A stretch of DNA of 64,000 bases, from positions 878-64,877 of the forward strand of contig CAZNXM010000006.1 in assembly GCA_964577145.1 (NCBI GenBank). Reading direction: 5' to 3'. The notes under the pieces are model-generated. The model saw only the letters and a program-made list of their open reading frames with translations, was not told where the DNA came from and did not search any database. Positions 55,201 through 63,940 of the stretch are shown piece after piece (position 1 is the first letter of the stretch; each line of letters opens with the position of its first letter). The translations under genes and the position numbers were made by a program. This DNA is from an uncultured Candidatus Poseidoniales archaeon. GTDB taxonomy: Archaea; Thermoplasmatota; Poseidoniia; Poseidoniales; Poseidoniaceae.

Positions 55201-56293
55201 CACCTGCTGAAACATCAACTGTACCGGAGTTTGTTATTCCACTTGGAAGAGTCGTCATTGTGATGTATCCGCCAGAGCCGCCTCCACCGCCGTCACCACC
55301 ATGGTAAAGGAAAAGGGAAGGCCCAGATGGCCAAACTGCATCTGCACCATCGCCACCATCGCCTCCAGCGGAACTAACGATTCCATTTGAGCCGATTGAG
55401 ATAGCGTTTGCTTTGAGAATAATTGAGCCACCAGAGCCGCCTCCTGCAGCATTACCACCGTTTCCACCATTTGGTGGAGCAGGGCCATTGTCACCTACGC
55501 CACCATTCGTTGTAATCGTACCATTAATCGTGATTGTGCCTGCAACAATAGTAATCACTGTACCGCCATTACCACCGAGAGTTGTCGCGCCACTAGGATG
55601 TGAATTTCCTCCACCGGGGGAGCCGGGTTCTGTGCCATTTCCATACGATGAGCCACCATTAGTAGAGGAGCCACCGCCATCGCCTCCTGCGCCAACGTGA
55701 CCTCCACCACCGGCTCCATCGCCAATCCAACTACTGGATGCGGTCTCTGAACCACCATTACCAAGGTAAGTGTTAACTCGATCACTTCCATCAATGCTAG
55801 TAAAAGAATCAATGATTACTTCATTTGCATGAATTGTAAGATTTCCAGTTGCAGTAATTGAACCGCAACTAACAATTCCACATGATAATTGTAAGGTATC
55901 ATATGCATGGAATCCTTGCAGATTTGAATTGTTGAATAAATGAAGTTGTGCAGTTCCAGCCGTAGAAGGGCCAACTGTAGATTGATTTAGAATAAGCCCA
56001 TTTGTCGTTGAAGTCAAATTGGTTGCATTTCCGATATAAGTAGAATATGTCGCCATATCCATTGTCCAAGATTCGTCAACTATTTCAGGTGATAATTCCC
56101 AATCGAATGAAGCTGAATCAGCCCGGTATCCAGCGTTATGAGGAATGGCTGTTGATTCATTCAAACCTGGGTGAAGCAGCACATCGGTTTGCAAAAATTC
56201 GAACTCATCAGCAATTACTGGATTTGCAGTGATAATGGGGACTATTGCAGACATTGCCAACAAAAATGCAATCGAAAATGACTTTGTTTTCAT
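52202..56293 (-). CDS. Giant (about 1363 aa) secreted surface protein: Gly/Asn-rich beta-helix-like region, PEPEPEPEPEP linker, C-terminal TM anchor and cytoplasmic tail of about 100 aa
   Basis: Signal peptide MKTKSFSIAFLLAMSAIVPIITANPVIA (ATG 56293; the ORF opens at 56323). GGxGGxGG-rich segment; (PE)n linker before TM helix IITPLTLSILGAVVLIIAGSLFFVF. Confidence 0.65.
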   Translation of the reverse strand: MKTKSFSIAFLLAMSAIVPIITANPVIADEFEFLQTDVLLHPGLNESTAIPHNAGYRADSASFDWELSPEIVDESWTMDMATYSTYIGNATNLTSTTNGLILNQSTVGPSTAGTAQLHLFNNSNLQGFHAYDTLQLSCGIVSCGSITATGNLTIHANEVIIDSFTSIDGSDRVNTYLGNGGSETASSSWIGDGAGGGGHVGAGGDGGGSSTNGGSSYGNGTEPGSPGGGNSHPSGATTLGGNGGTVITIVAGTITINGTITTNGGVGDNGPAPPNGGNGGNAAGGGSGGSIILKANAISIGSNGIVSSAGGDGGDGADAVWPSGPSLFLYHGGDGGGGGSGGYITMTTLPSGITNSGTVDVSAGAGGDYGLKLGTGSDGIAGSNSVVGNTSYSTFTGFVSSGNTTAYNGSFLIPGLGDDEIVERAWLNTTASVPAGAVLDMKYNYTMNGIDWSGWLDGNLSHQELPRFSNISLLYEFERSSAGASPILTAIVPGSTNIEHMENLSIELEGQTILDPLVHQMPIGWLEEGGSSPTATGADLWIDVPLNGTAVTDFSMWMDVEPGFTGNVTGTFDSGYTISWSSADVVAGGIDLIIPMSVIQNEWPTVYNSTSEGIDWAVSNFSLTLSNPSAFNITNASFHHTIVGSLEFSSAMETHAISQCGSWYAATEACLDEYSIDVKGDPEGEMWNQTLELKNLNIVWIDDIEPQIQSVSHKVDGVDDADARNGETIVVIVRDNLADDDLQGEMWAHSSSVSAATELVNITSIPLAWNSQIQGYWGSVPTYQLDASTEHSLWISVELSDANGNSVTQLNADSITVLPALPSVSQLAIMTVDGEPANNGSFSTPDNLRFLVKDANDRSDLNVEIELDSESSTQTLQMVWNSSDSVYSVVWEPEFADLGSWDVEVFAEEPNGGEADEDGLHNGNDASFYLRDGVPPVILSATSTETIDEVRIDVQWEIEAGDTVSVWAIIFGPNGENIGTEIIEQTSNGIGYTILDKNVLSPGAYTAKIHVRDNFANEVDTTIDLVDIPVPLPVINSTNVSLIVDGESVILSGDVIFRTGEGTLNWIVDDEVWLVVPIVDGTLSELLSLSNLSNSSHNVTLEICSTNECENYSQDVDATPWWNIELIAFCSDANCSVTNAGDYPTTVRIISSKPSANFDCNEIIVDSQATDEISCTIKDGMDVGEYVLDWRLESQDRGGYWLTLKEGTHNFTIAEPEPEPEPEPEPSDNEDPIDDGSKSIITPLTLSILGAVVLIIAGSLFFVFRNREEEIFDKEEVDFSLPSVETEQMPAIDPMEIAEPAPVDSIATVEEVVEPIGDAPQILGSWEELPGGGQYHQRDDGTWYETLDGVWWWQHPDGKFERV

Positions 56294-56338
56294 ACCACTC
56301 ACAGTGCCCCAAATTATTGACATATTTAGACTACTAAG

Positions 56339-58990
56339 TCAGACGAGATTGCGCAATACGGTGTGGAGGATTCCTCCATTGCGATAATATTCGACCTCAA
56401 CTGGGGTGTCGATTCTTACATCAACGGTGAAATCGATAGTAGTGCCATCGCCGCGAGTTGCGGTCACAACCAACTCTTGCAAAGCCTGAACATCATCTGT
56501 TACAGGAATGTCGAAACTCTCAGTTCCATCGAGCCCAAGTGAGTTTGCATCTTGGCCTGATTTGAAGGTCAATGGCAATACACCCATGCCGACAAGATTG
56601 GAGCGGTGAATTCTCTCAAATGAAGTTGCTATGACCGCCTTAACCCCGAGGAGGAATGTGCCCTTTGCAGCCCAGTCTCTACTGCTGCCAGTGCCATACT
56701 GAGCGCCTGCAAGCACAACCATTGGAGAAGCGCTAGCCATTGCAGCCTCGTAAACTGAAGTAATTTCGCCTGTCGAGTGATCAAGCGCAAAACCACCTTC
56801 GGTTCCGGGCGCCATTTCATTTCTGACTCGCACATTTGCAAAAGTACCTCGCATCATAATCTCGTGGTTACCTCTACGGCTACCAAATGAATTGAAATCA
56901 CCCTTCTGAACTCCACGCTCGGTTAGCCAGGTCCCAGCGGGCCCGTCCTCTGGAAATGCACCTGCTGGAGATATGTGATCTGTTGTAATAGAATCACCCA
57001 ATTTCAGCAGAACCTTTGCACCGGAAATCGGCTCGATAGGTTGTGCTTCAGGCGATAGACCTTGGAAGAAGGAAGGTAGTCGAATGTAAGTGGAATCATC
57101 TTGCCATGGATAGAGTGGAGATTCTTCACTCGGGATTGCATCCCATCGTGGCTCTTGCATTACTGTAGCATAGCGGTCTCTGAACATTTCAGGAGAAATA
57201 TTCGCCATTGCTTCTGCTAATTGTGAGTCGCTTGGCCAAACATCGGAAAGCATGACTGGGTTTCCTTCTGCATCATGTCCAAGCGGCTCAGTAATCAAAT
57301 CGACATACAAGCTACCTGCAATTGCATAGGCGACTACCAGAGGTGGACTTGCAAGATATGAAGCCTTGACTTTCTGATGAACTCGTCCCTCGAAATTACG
57401 ATTGCCAGAGATTACAGAACCTACGATTAGACCTTCTTCATCAATTGCAGACTCGATGTCTTCGGGAAGGGGGCCAGAATTACCGATACATGTTGTGCAT
57501 CCATATCCAACATTGTTGAAACCAAGTGCTGCTAAATCCTCATCTAAACCATTGGCCGCATAATACTCTGTGACTACTCTCGAACCAGGTGCTAAAGAGG
57601 TCTTAACCCATGGTTTGACCATCAAACCACGGGCTCTGGCATTTCGTGCTAGAAGACCTGCGGCAAGCATTACTCCAGGATTGGAAGTATTGGTACAAGA
57701 TGTAATTGCAGCGATAACAACATCGCCATGATTCAAATCGTATTCATCGCCAATAAGTGCCGAATTTGAAAGGTCCTCTTTCGCAATTCCATGCCCTTGG
57801 TGTCCTACCTCATTGGATAGCGTTTCAACAAAATGATTTGCCATTGCAGAAAGGTCAACACGGTCTTGAGGACGCTTTGGGCCTGCAAGTGCAGGCTCAA
57901 CTGTTGAAAGGTCAAGTTCAAGGGTCGCACTGTATGATTTCTCAGGTGCGGACGAATCATACCACAATCCCTGTGCTCTACAGAATGTTTCCACACTAGC
58001 AATCGCATCCTCTTCACGACCGCTTAGACGCATGTAAGCAAGAGTGTTCTCATCGACCGGGAAGAATCCACAGGTTGCACCATATTCAGGCGCCATATTT
58101 GCGATAGTCGCACGGTCTGGTAATGTTAGTGCGGCCATTCCAGAACCAAAGAATTCAACAAATTTGCCAACTACTCCATGTTCTCTAAGAATCTCAACAA
58201 TTCTCAAAGTCATGTCTGTTGCAGTCACTCCAGGGTTGAGTGAGCCATTTAGACGGAACCCAACAACATCCGGCGATAACATGTAGATAGGCTGACCGAG
58301 CATTACCGCTTCAGCCTCAATTCCACCTACTCCCCAGCCAAGAACTCCCAATCCGTTAATCATAGTCGTGTGGGAATCGGTACCTACCAAACTATCGGGT
58401 AGCCATATACCGTTTTCCTCTCTTGCTACGGTTGCTATCCATTCGAGGTTTACCTGATGAACAATACCCCTTGAAGGAGGGACTGCTCGAAAGTTTTTCA
58501 AGGATTGCTGGCCCCATTTTAGGAATGTGTATCGTTCCATATTGCGATGGTATTCAATGTCGAGATTGAGTTCAAGAGCTTGCGTGTTTGAACCTGAGAC
58601 ATCAACCTGAACCGAATGGTCGATTACCAAGTCTACTGGGACCTGCGGATTTACTTTCTCTGGGTCACCACCCATCTCGACCATTGCATCACGCAATGCA
58701 GCGAGATCCACAACTGCGGGAACACCAGTGAAATCCTGTAAAATTACTCTGGAAGGGCGGAATGGTATCTCGCCTCTGTCTCCATCAGCAGTCCAGCCAG
58801 CAATGTTGCGAACATCATCTTCAGTGATTAGAAATCCATCGCAATTACGTAATGCGCCTTCGAGTAATACGCGAATGGAATAAGGAAGTGACGAGGTATC
58901 CATGCCTGATGCATCGAGAGAATCAAGCGCGAAATAATGTCCACCAAGAGAAAATTCTCTCTTTGAACCAAAGGGTCCCGAGTCGCTCAT
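56339..58990 (-). CDS. acnA: Aconitate hydratase A
   Basis: 883 aa; full-length aconitase with Fe-S ligand cysteines and the 'SGSRD…SFERIHRSN' C-terminal swivel-domain motifs. Confidence 0.9.
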   Translation of the reverse strand: MSDSGPFGSKREFSLGGHYFALDSLDASGMDTSSLPYSIRVLLEGALRNCDGFLITEDDVRNIAGWTADGDRGEIPFRPSRVILQDFTGVPAVVDLAALRDAMVEMGGDPEKVNPQVPVDLVIDHSVQVDVSGSNTQALELNLDIEYHRNMERYTFLKWGQQSLKNFRAVPPSRGIVHQVNLEWIATVAREENGIWLPDSLVGTDSHTTMINGLGVLGWGVGGIEAEAVMLGQPIYMLSPDVVGFRLNGSLNPGVTATDMTLRIVEILREHGVVGKFVEFFGSGMAALTLPDRATIANMAPEYGATCGFFPVDENTLAYMRLSGREEDAIASVETFCRAQGLWYDSSAPEKSYSATLELDLSTVEPALAGPKRPQDRVDLSAMANHFVETLSNEVGHQGHGIAKEDLSNSALIGDEYDLNHGDVVIAAITSCTNTSNPGVMLAAGLLARNARARGLMVKPWVKTSLAPGSRVVTEYYAANGLDEDLAALGFNNVGYGCTTCIGNSGPLPEDIESAIDEEGLIVGSVISGNRNFEGRVHQKVKASYLASPPLVVAYAIAGSLYVDLITEPLGHDAEGNPVMLSDVWPSDSQLAEAMANISPEMFRDRYATVMQEPRWDAIPSEESPLYPWQDDSTYIRLPSFFQGLSPEAQPIEPISGAKVLLKLGDSITTDHISPAGAFPEDGPAGTWLTERGVQKGDFNSFGSRRGNHEIMMRGTFANVRVRNEMAPGTEGGFALDHSTGEITSVYEAAMASASPMVVLAGAQYGTGSSRDWAAKGTFLLGVKAVIATSFERIHRSNLVGMGVLPLTFKSGQDANSLGLDGTESFDIPVTDDVQALQELVVTATRGDGTTIDFTVDVRIDTPVEVEYYRNGGILHTVLRNLV

Positions 58991-59039
58991 AGAGCGACTG
59001 CGGTTGGCGCTCGGTAATCAATTATCCTGAATGACCAAA

Positions 59040-60065
59040 TCACCAGAATTGCCACCAAGGGGTGGAACTTCCTTCTTCAGGAATAGTTACTGATACTATT
59101 GTTACATCCTCAACAGGCTTGTCGCCACTCATTGTAGTTACTTGAGAAATAGCATCGACATGCACCTTACCTTCGATCACTTTTCCAAAGACTGTGTGAA
59201 GGCCATCAAGATGACTAGGGGTGCTATCCTTATCGACGATGAAGAACTGTGAGCCACCGGTATGTGGTGCACTTGTCTTAGCCATCGAAAGCACATATGG
59301 AGCATGTATGACTCCATTATCTGCCTCATCAGGAATTGTGTAGGAGGTTACTGAACAATCAGACGCTGAATTTGCTTCTTGTCCGTCACAGTATCCAAAG
59401 AATTTAGCTGCATGGCCACCAGTGCCTGAATTTTGAGTGAAATCTCCTCCTTGAATCATGAATTCATCTATGACGCGGTGGAATAATACGCCATCATACT
59501 TGCCTTCTTGGGCTAGTAAAGCGAAATTCTCAACATGGATTGGTGCATCATCTGGATATAATTCGATAATTAGAGTTTCAGTATGTTCTACTCCGGCGCT
59601 ATCGGTCCAGTTTACGACCATGCTCGCTTCTGTGGGAAGAGCGGAGCCACTCTGGCTATTTACCGCTTGAACACCGGCTATTACGAGTAATAGGGATGCA
59701 ACCAATGCAAAAATTCCTGCTGGAGTTGGTGCTCCGCCATCAGTCATTAAACGTGGAATTACAGTCTCAGAAACGTGCTTGTCTTGCATTTCATTGCGCA
59801 GTTGATTGTAAAGTGAATTTGCTTGCTTATCACGAGGATTCTTTCGTACTGAATCTCGTAATAGTTTAGCGGCTTGGCGATATTCAGCCTTAGAACCACT
59901 TTTTCCTGCCTTCAAGTATACTGCTTGTCCAGCAAGTCTTAGAGTTGTAGCATGGGTTCCATCGGGGTCTGCATCACGCAATACATCCAATGCGCCCTCG
60001 GTTTTACCTTTGCTGAGGAGCCCTTCTGCCTCTTTCCATGCGTCTGCACGCTTATCGTCGGCCAT
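59040..60065 (-). CDS. Membrane-anchored cyclophilin-type peptidyl-prolyl cis-trans isomerase with an N-terminal cytoplasmic helical (TPR-like) region
   Basis: 341 aa; N-terminal helical region, one TM helix (LVASLLLVIAGVQAV), then cyclophilin core 'FHRVIDEFMIQGGDF…GTGG'. Confidence 0.8.
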   Translation of the reverse strand: MADDKRADAWKEAEGLLSKGKTEGALDVLRDADPDGTHATTLRLAGQAVYLKAGKSGSKAEYRQAAKLLRDSVRKNPRDKQANSLYNQLRNEMQDKHVSETVIPRLMTDGGAPTPAGIFALVASLLLVIAGVQAVNSQSGSALPTEASMVVNWTDSAGVEHTETLIIELYPDDAPIHVENFALLAQEGKYDGVLFHRVIDEFMIQGGDFTQNSGTGGHAAKFFGYCDGQEANSASDCSVTSYTIPDEADNGVIHAPYVLSMAKTSAPHTGGSQFFIVDKDSTPSHLDGLHTVFGKVIEGKVHVDAISQVTTMSGDKPVEDVTIVSVTIPEEGSSTPWWQFW

Positions 60066-60160
60066 GTTCGGCCCGAGACCCCGTTTGGTTTTGATAACTG
60101 CCCTTCGCCCACTTAGGTGAATATGACATCAACACATTCAAAGGGCGTAGGCTTGGCAGG

Positions 60161-60189
60161 TTGCGCAATGGCCCCGCCCCCGTAGGGGG
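60161..60189 (+). promoter_or_regulatory. Palindrome TTGCGCAA (60161-60168) plus CCCCC-GTA-GGGGG hairpin (60177-60189) in the korA upstream/leader region
   Basis: Read directly from the sequence; lies 26-54 nt upstream of ATG 60215. Confidence 0.45.
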
Positions 60190-60214
60190 CTGGGCTCAAG
60201 GGGACAGACCCGAA

Positions 60215-62002
60215 ATGGCACGAATCGTAAACGATTTTTCCATCAATATCGCAACTGCGAATGGAACAGGTTCACAATCAGCAAATTTGATTTTGCTTCA
60301 AACATTATTTGATATGGGCATCCCAGTTAGCGGGAAAAATCTCTTCCCGTCGAATATCTCCGGTCTCCCAACTTGGTATATTGCTCGTGTTTCTGACCTA
60401 GGTTACCAAGCACCTGGGGACAGAACCCACATCCAAATTCTGGTCAATCCAGCAACATGGGATGAAGACCTCGCAGAACTAGAGCCTGGCAGCGTCGTCA
60501 TCTGGAATACCGATTCCAAGATGGCAATGGAAAGAGAGGATGTAGTCTCCTACCCTGTTCCAATGACAAAGATCGCCCGTACACTCAATCCCAAACTGGC
60601 ACGAATGATTGCAAATGTGGTCTATGTCGGAGTACTGGCCGAACTCCTAGGAATGGACCAAGATGTTCTTGAAACCGCTATTGCTAAGCAATTCGGTAGC
60701 AAAGCAAAGGCGATTGAACTCAATGTAGAGGCTAGTCGTCTTGGCAGACAATATGTCATTGAAAATCTCACTAAATCCGATGAGTATTTTGTTGAAACAA
60801 GGGATATTGAGGCTGGAGGGTTCTTCCTCGAAGGAAACGAGGCTGTGGCTCTGGGTTCGATTTTCGGTGGCGTACAGATGCTTGCATGGTACCCAATTAC
60901 TCCATCATCGAGCATTGCAGAAGGGATCATCGCATGGTTGCCTGAACTACGGGAAAAGGATGGAAAGTCAACATACGCAGTATTGCAAGCTGAGGATGAA
61001 CTCGCTGCGGCAGGAATGGTACTTGGCGCTGGTTGGGCCGGCGCAAGAGGTATGACTGCTACCTCTGGACCTGGTATTTCTCTGATGCAGGAATTCATTG
61101 GACTGTCATATTTCTCTGAAATCCCATCTGTATTCTGGGATGTCAATCGTGTTGGTCCATCTACGGGCCTGCCAACTCGAACTCAGCAGGGTGACCTAAC
61201 GATGCTCTACGAAGGAAGTCACGGTGATACCCAACATATTGTTTTCATTCCGGGAACCGTAGAGGAATGTTTCGAATTTGGATGGCGGGTCTTTGATGCT
61301 GCAGAGCGATTCCAGACACCTGTATTCGGTTTCTCTGACCTTGATTTGGGAATGAATCGTTGGTCTTGTAACGGCCTTGAATATCCTACAGAATCCATGG
61401 ATCGTGGCAAGGTTGTATTGACTCGAGAACAATTAGATTCGATTGAAAATTATGGACGTTACCGGGATGTTGACGGTGATGGAATACCTTACCGTACACT
61501 CCCTGGGTCTGGGCTCGACCCAATTCTCTATCGTGGCACAGGCCATGACGAAGATGGAGTTTATTCCGAAAAACCTGATGTCTATCATGCATTGATGGAA
61601 CGCCTAAAGAGAAAAATCGAAGGCTCCAGAGATCTTCTACCAGCGCCTATGGTTCGCCAAGAAGATGAATGTGACATTGGAATTGTATTCTATGGTTCAA
61701 TGGAGAATACTATCACAGAAATTGACGATATCCTCGAAGAAGCGACTGGCAAGAAGGTCAGTACATGCAGAGTTAGAGCATTACCACTTCACTCTGAAGT
61801 TCAGGATTTCGTTGAGCGCCACGATGTAGTAATCATTCTCGAGATTAACAGAGATGGACAACTCTATGGAATCATGCGTAAGGAATACCCTAACCATTTG
61901 ATTCCAAAGATGAAGAGCGTTGCATTCAGCGATGGTATGCCTCCAAGAGCAAGGATGTATGCCGACCGAATTATGACTGTTCTAAAGGAGGTGGGACTTT
62001 GA
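60215..62002 (+). CDS. korA: 2-oxoacid:ferredoxin oxidoreductase, fused alpha/gamma subunit
   Basis: Gamma-domain N-terminus 'NGTGSQSANLILLQT' then the alpha (pyrimidine-binding) domain. The track ORF opens at TTG 60161; ATG 60215 (MARIVNDF) is the likely start. 4-nt overlap with the beta subunit. Confidence 0.8.
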   Translation: MARIVNDFSINIATANGTGSQSANLILLQTLFDMGIPVSGKNLFPSNISGLPTWYIARVSDLGYQAPGDRTHIQILVNPATWDEDLAELEPGSVVIWNTDSKMAMEREDVVSYPVPMTKIARTLNPKLARMIANVVYVGVLAELLGMDQDVLETAIAKQFGSKAKAIELNVEASRLGRQYVIENLTKSDEYFVETRDIEAGGFFLEGNEAVALGSIFGGVQMLAWYPITPSSSIAEGIIAWLPELREKDGKSTYAVLQAEDELAAAGMVLGAGWAGARGMTATSGPGISLMQEFIGLSYFSEIPSVFWDVNRVGPSTGLPTRTQQGDLTMLYEGSHGDTQHIVFIPGTVEECFEFGWRVFDAAERFQTPVFGFSDLDLGMNRWSCNGLEYPTESMDRGKVVLTREQLDSIENYGRYRDVDGDGIPYRTLPGSGLDPILYRGTGHDEDGVYSEKPDVYHALMERLKRKIEGSRDLLPAPMVRQEDECDIGIVFYGSMENTITEIDDILEEATGKKVSTCRVRALPLHSEVQDFVERHDVVIILEINRDGQLYGIMRKEYPNHLIPKMKSVAFSDGMPPRARMYADRIMTVLKEVGL

Positions 62003-63045
62003 CTGAAAAACCAGTAAGAGCTGTCAAACTCAATGTCATCAATGAGCCAAAAGATTCCTACACAGGTGGAAAGTCATCTCTATGTCCAGGATGTGGACAC
62101 GACCAAATTAGCAGCGTAATTGTCAATGCTGCATGGGAGAATGGTATTGAGCCGCACCGCATCGCAAAGATGAGTGGAATAGGATGTTCTTCTAAGACAC
62201 CAGCATATTACCTCGGACAATCCCACGGATTCAACACTGTTCACGGCCGAATGCCATCGGTCACTACAGGAGCACATGTTGTCAACAAAGATTTGACCTA
62301 TCTCGGTGTTTCTGGTGACGGAGATTCTGCATCGATTGGTATTGGCCAATTAATACATGCAATTCGTCGTAATATCAACATGGTATACATTATTGAGAAT
62401 AACGGAGTTTACGGTCTGACAAAGGGGCAGTACTCCGCTACTGCAGATAAGGGTTCGAAGAAGAAAAAGGGCTCAACAAATGAGACTCAGCCAATCGATC
62501 TATGCGCTATGGCAGTAAATCTTGGCTGCTCCTTCGTAGCGAGGTCATTCTCTGGCTCAAAGAAGCAACTATCCGCCATTATCAAGGCTGCATTATCTCA
62601 CAAAGGGTTCGCATTAATCGACGTCATTAGCCCATGTGTAACTTTCAACAATAACGATGAGAGTCTACGCTCCTATGGATATGTCAAGGATAACTCAGCA
62701 GAACTCCATTCCGTGGATTACATTCCACACTTCTCGCCTCTTGAGCAAGTAGAGGTCCCCGCTGGTGCATTCAAGGACATCACACTACACGATGGTTCGA
62801 CAGTACGTCTTGAGACGATTTCTGAAGACCACGACCCTTCTGATGCTGTAGCTGCTCTTACCGCTCTCCATGAGGCTGATGTTGAAAAGAAGCACGTAAT
62901 GGGATTGTTATATTTCAATGCAGACCGACCTGCACTACACGAGGACCTCAACCTTACCGATACTCCGCTTTGCGAACTTGATGAGGACGATTTGCGTCCT
63001 TCACCTGAGGCACTTGAGAAGGTTGTCGCATCACTGCGTGGATGA
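61999..63045 (+). CDS. korB: 2-oxoacid:ferredoxin oxidoreductase beta subunit (TPP-binding)
   Basis: 348 aa; 'CPGCGH' N-terminal Cys motif and TPP-binding 'GDGDSASIG…ENNGVYGLTKGQ'. Confidence 0.85.
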   Translation: MTEKPVRAVKLNVINEPKDSYTGGKSSLCPGCGHDQISSVIVNAAWENGIEPHRIAKMSGIGCSSKTPAYYLGQSHGFNTVHGRMPSVTTGAHVVNKDLTYLGVSGDGDSASIGIGQLIHAIRRNINMVYIIENNGVYGLTKGQYSATADKGSKKKKGSTNETQPIDLCAMAVNLGCSFVARSFSGSKKQLSAIIKAALSHKGFALIDVISPCVTFNNNDESLRSYGYVKDNSAELHSVDYIPHFSPLEQVEVPAGAFKDITLHDGSTVRLETISEDHDPSDAVAALTALHEADVEKKHVMGLLYFNADRPALHEDLNLTDTPLCELDEDDLRPSPEALEKVVASLRG

Positions 63046-63100
63046 GTGAAGTCACCTTACCGTTGACTTGAAGAATGAAAGGCCTCTGGCCTCCCCTGAT

Positions 63101-63173
63101 AGTCTCTTAGTGTAGCGGTCCATCATGGTGGGTTCTGGTCCCGCCGACCTCGGTTCAAATCCGAGAGAGACTA
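63101..63173 (+). tRNA. tRNA-Gln (anticodon CUG)
   Basis: Acceptor stem AGTCTCT/AGAGACT; T-arm CTCGG-TTCAAAT-CCGAG; anticodon stem GTGGG/CCCGC with loop TTCTGGT (CTG). Discriminator A then CC; T-rich tract follows. The D-arm is imperfect, so this needs tRNAscan confirmation. Confidence 0.65.
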
Positions 63174-63193
63174 CCTCTGCCCTTTTTCATAGT

Positions 63194-63940
63194 TCACTCA
63201 AACTCATGTTTGCGGGTTCTAATCAATGCAGCAATGATGAGTAATACTGCGATTAGAACAACTATCTGTATAGAGGTATTATTGAGGAAACTCGCTTGGT
63301 CATCAGAACCAACCCTTCCATTATCACCAGAATTACTTGGCGATGTTGAGCATGCTTGCCAGTCGCCTTCAACGGTGAATGTATGGTCGATATTTGCAGA
63401 GTTTCCAGATGGGTCAACGGCGGTAATAGTAGCACTGTGTGAACCAACACAAAGATCGAACGAAAGTGCGTGATTCTTGCCGAGATTATCTGTGCCTATT
63501 GCATCTGAACCTATGCTGATATGAGCAAATGTATCTTCATCGGTGAACCAAGATATCGTCGTCATTTCAGCCTCATCAGACGTGACCAATATGTTGAGAA
63601 TTTGTGGTGAGATCACATCGGCATCAGCAGAAGTTGTGAATGAAACATCTACAGGTGTTGCATTGTCTACTGAAATGCTACACGAATAGGTTTGATTTGA
63701 TTGTAAACCCTCGACTGAGAGGCCATGACTCAGAGTACCATCATACTGTCCGCCTGCTGAAATTCCATCTCCACAATCAATTGTGCCAGCATCTATTTTG
63801 GTTGTGGACCAAGTAATCAGGGCACTATTATGGGTAATAGCAGCAACCTGAGCGCCATAGATTTGTTGAGATAATTCAGGAATTTCAAATCCAGTTAATT
63901 GGACGTATTGTTGGTTATCGACATCGTAGTTGCTAAGCAT
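63194..63940 (-). CDS. Secreted surface protein (FN3/Ig-like beta-rich) with C-terminal TM anchor plus basic tail (…IVVLIAVLLIIAALIRTRKHEFE); N-terminus may extend further
   Basis: 248-aa ORF close to the window edge; T/S-rich beta-strand pattern; C-terminal helix plus RTRKHEFE. Confidence 0.45.
   Translation of the reverse strand: MLSNYDVDNQQYVQLTGFEIPELSQQIYGAQVAAITHNSALITWSTTKIDAGTIDCGDGISAGGQYDGTLSHGLSVEGLQSNQTYSCSISVDNATPVDVSFTTSADADVISPQILNILVTSDEAEMTTISWFTDEDTFAHISIGSDAIGTDNLGKNHALSFDLCVGSHSATITAVDPSGNSANIDHTFTVEGDWQACSTSPSNSGDNGRVGSDDQASFLNNTSIQIVVLIAVLLIIAALIRTRKHEFE

Noticed and set aside
60161-60214. N-terminal extension of korA from a TTG codon (MRNGPAPVGGWAQGDRPE)
   Set aside because: The extension is entirely encoded by the palindrome/hairpin element. 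ATG 60215 (MARIVNDF) matches the conserved OFOR N-terminus.
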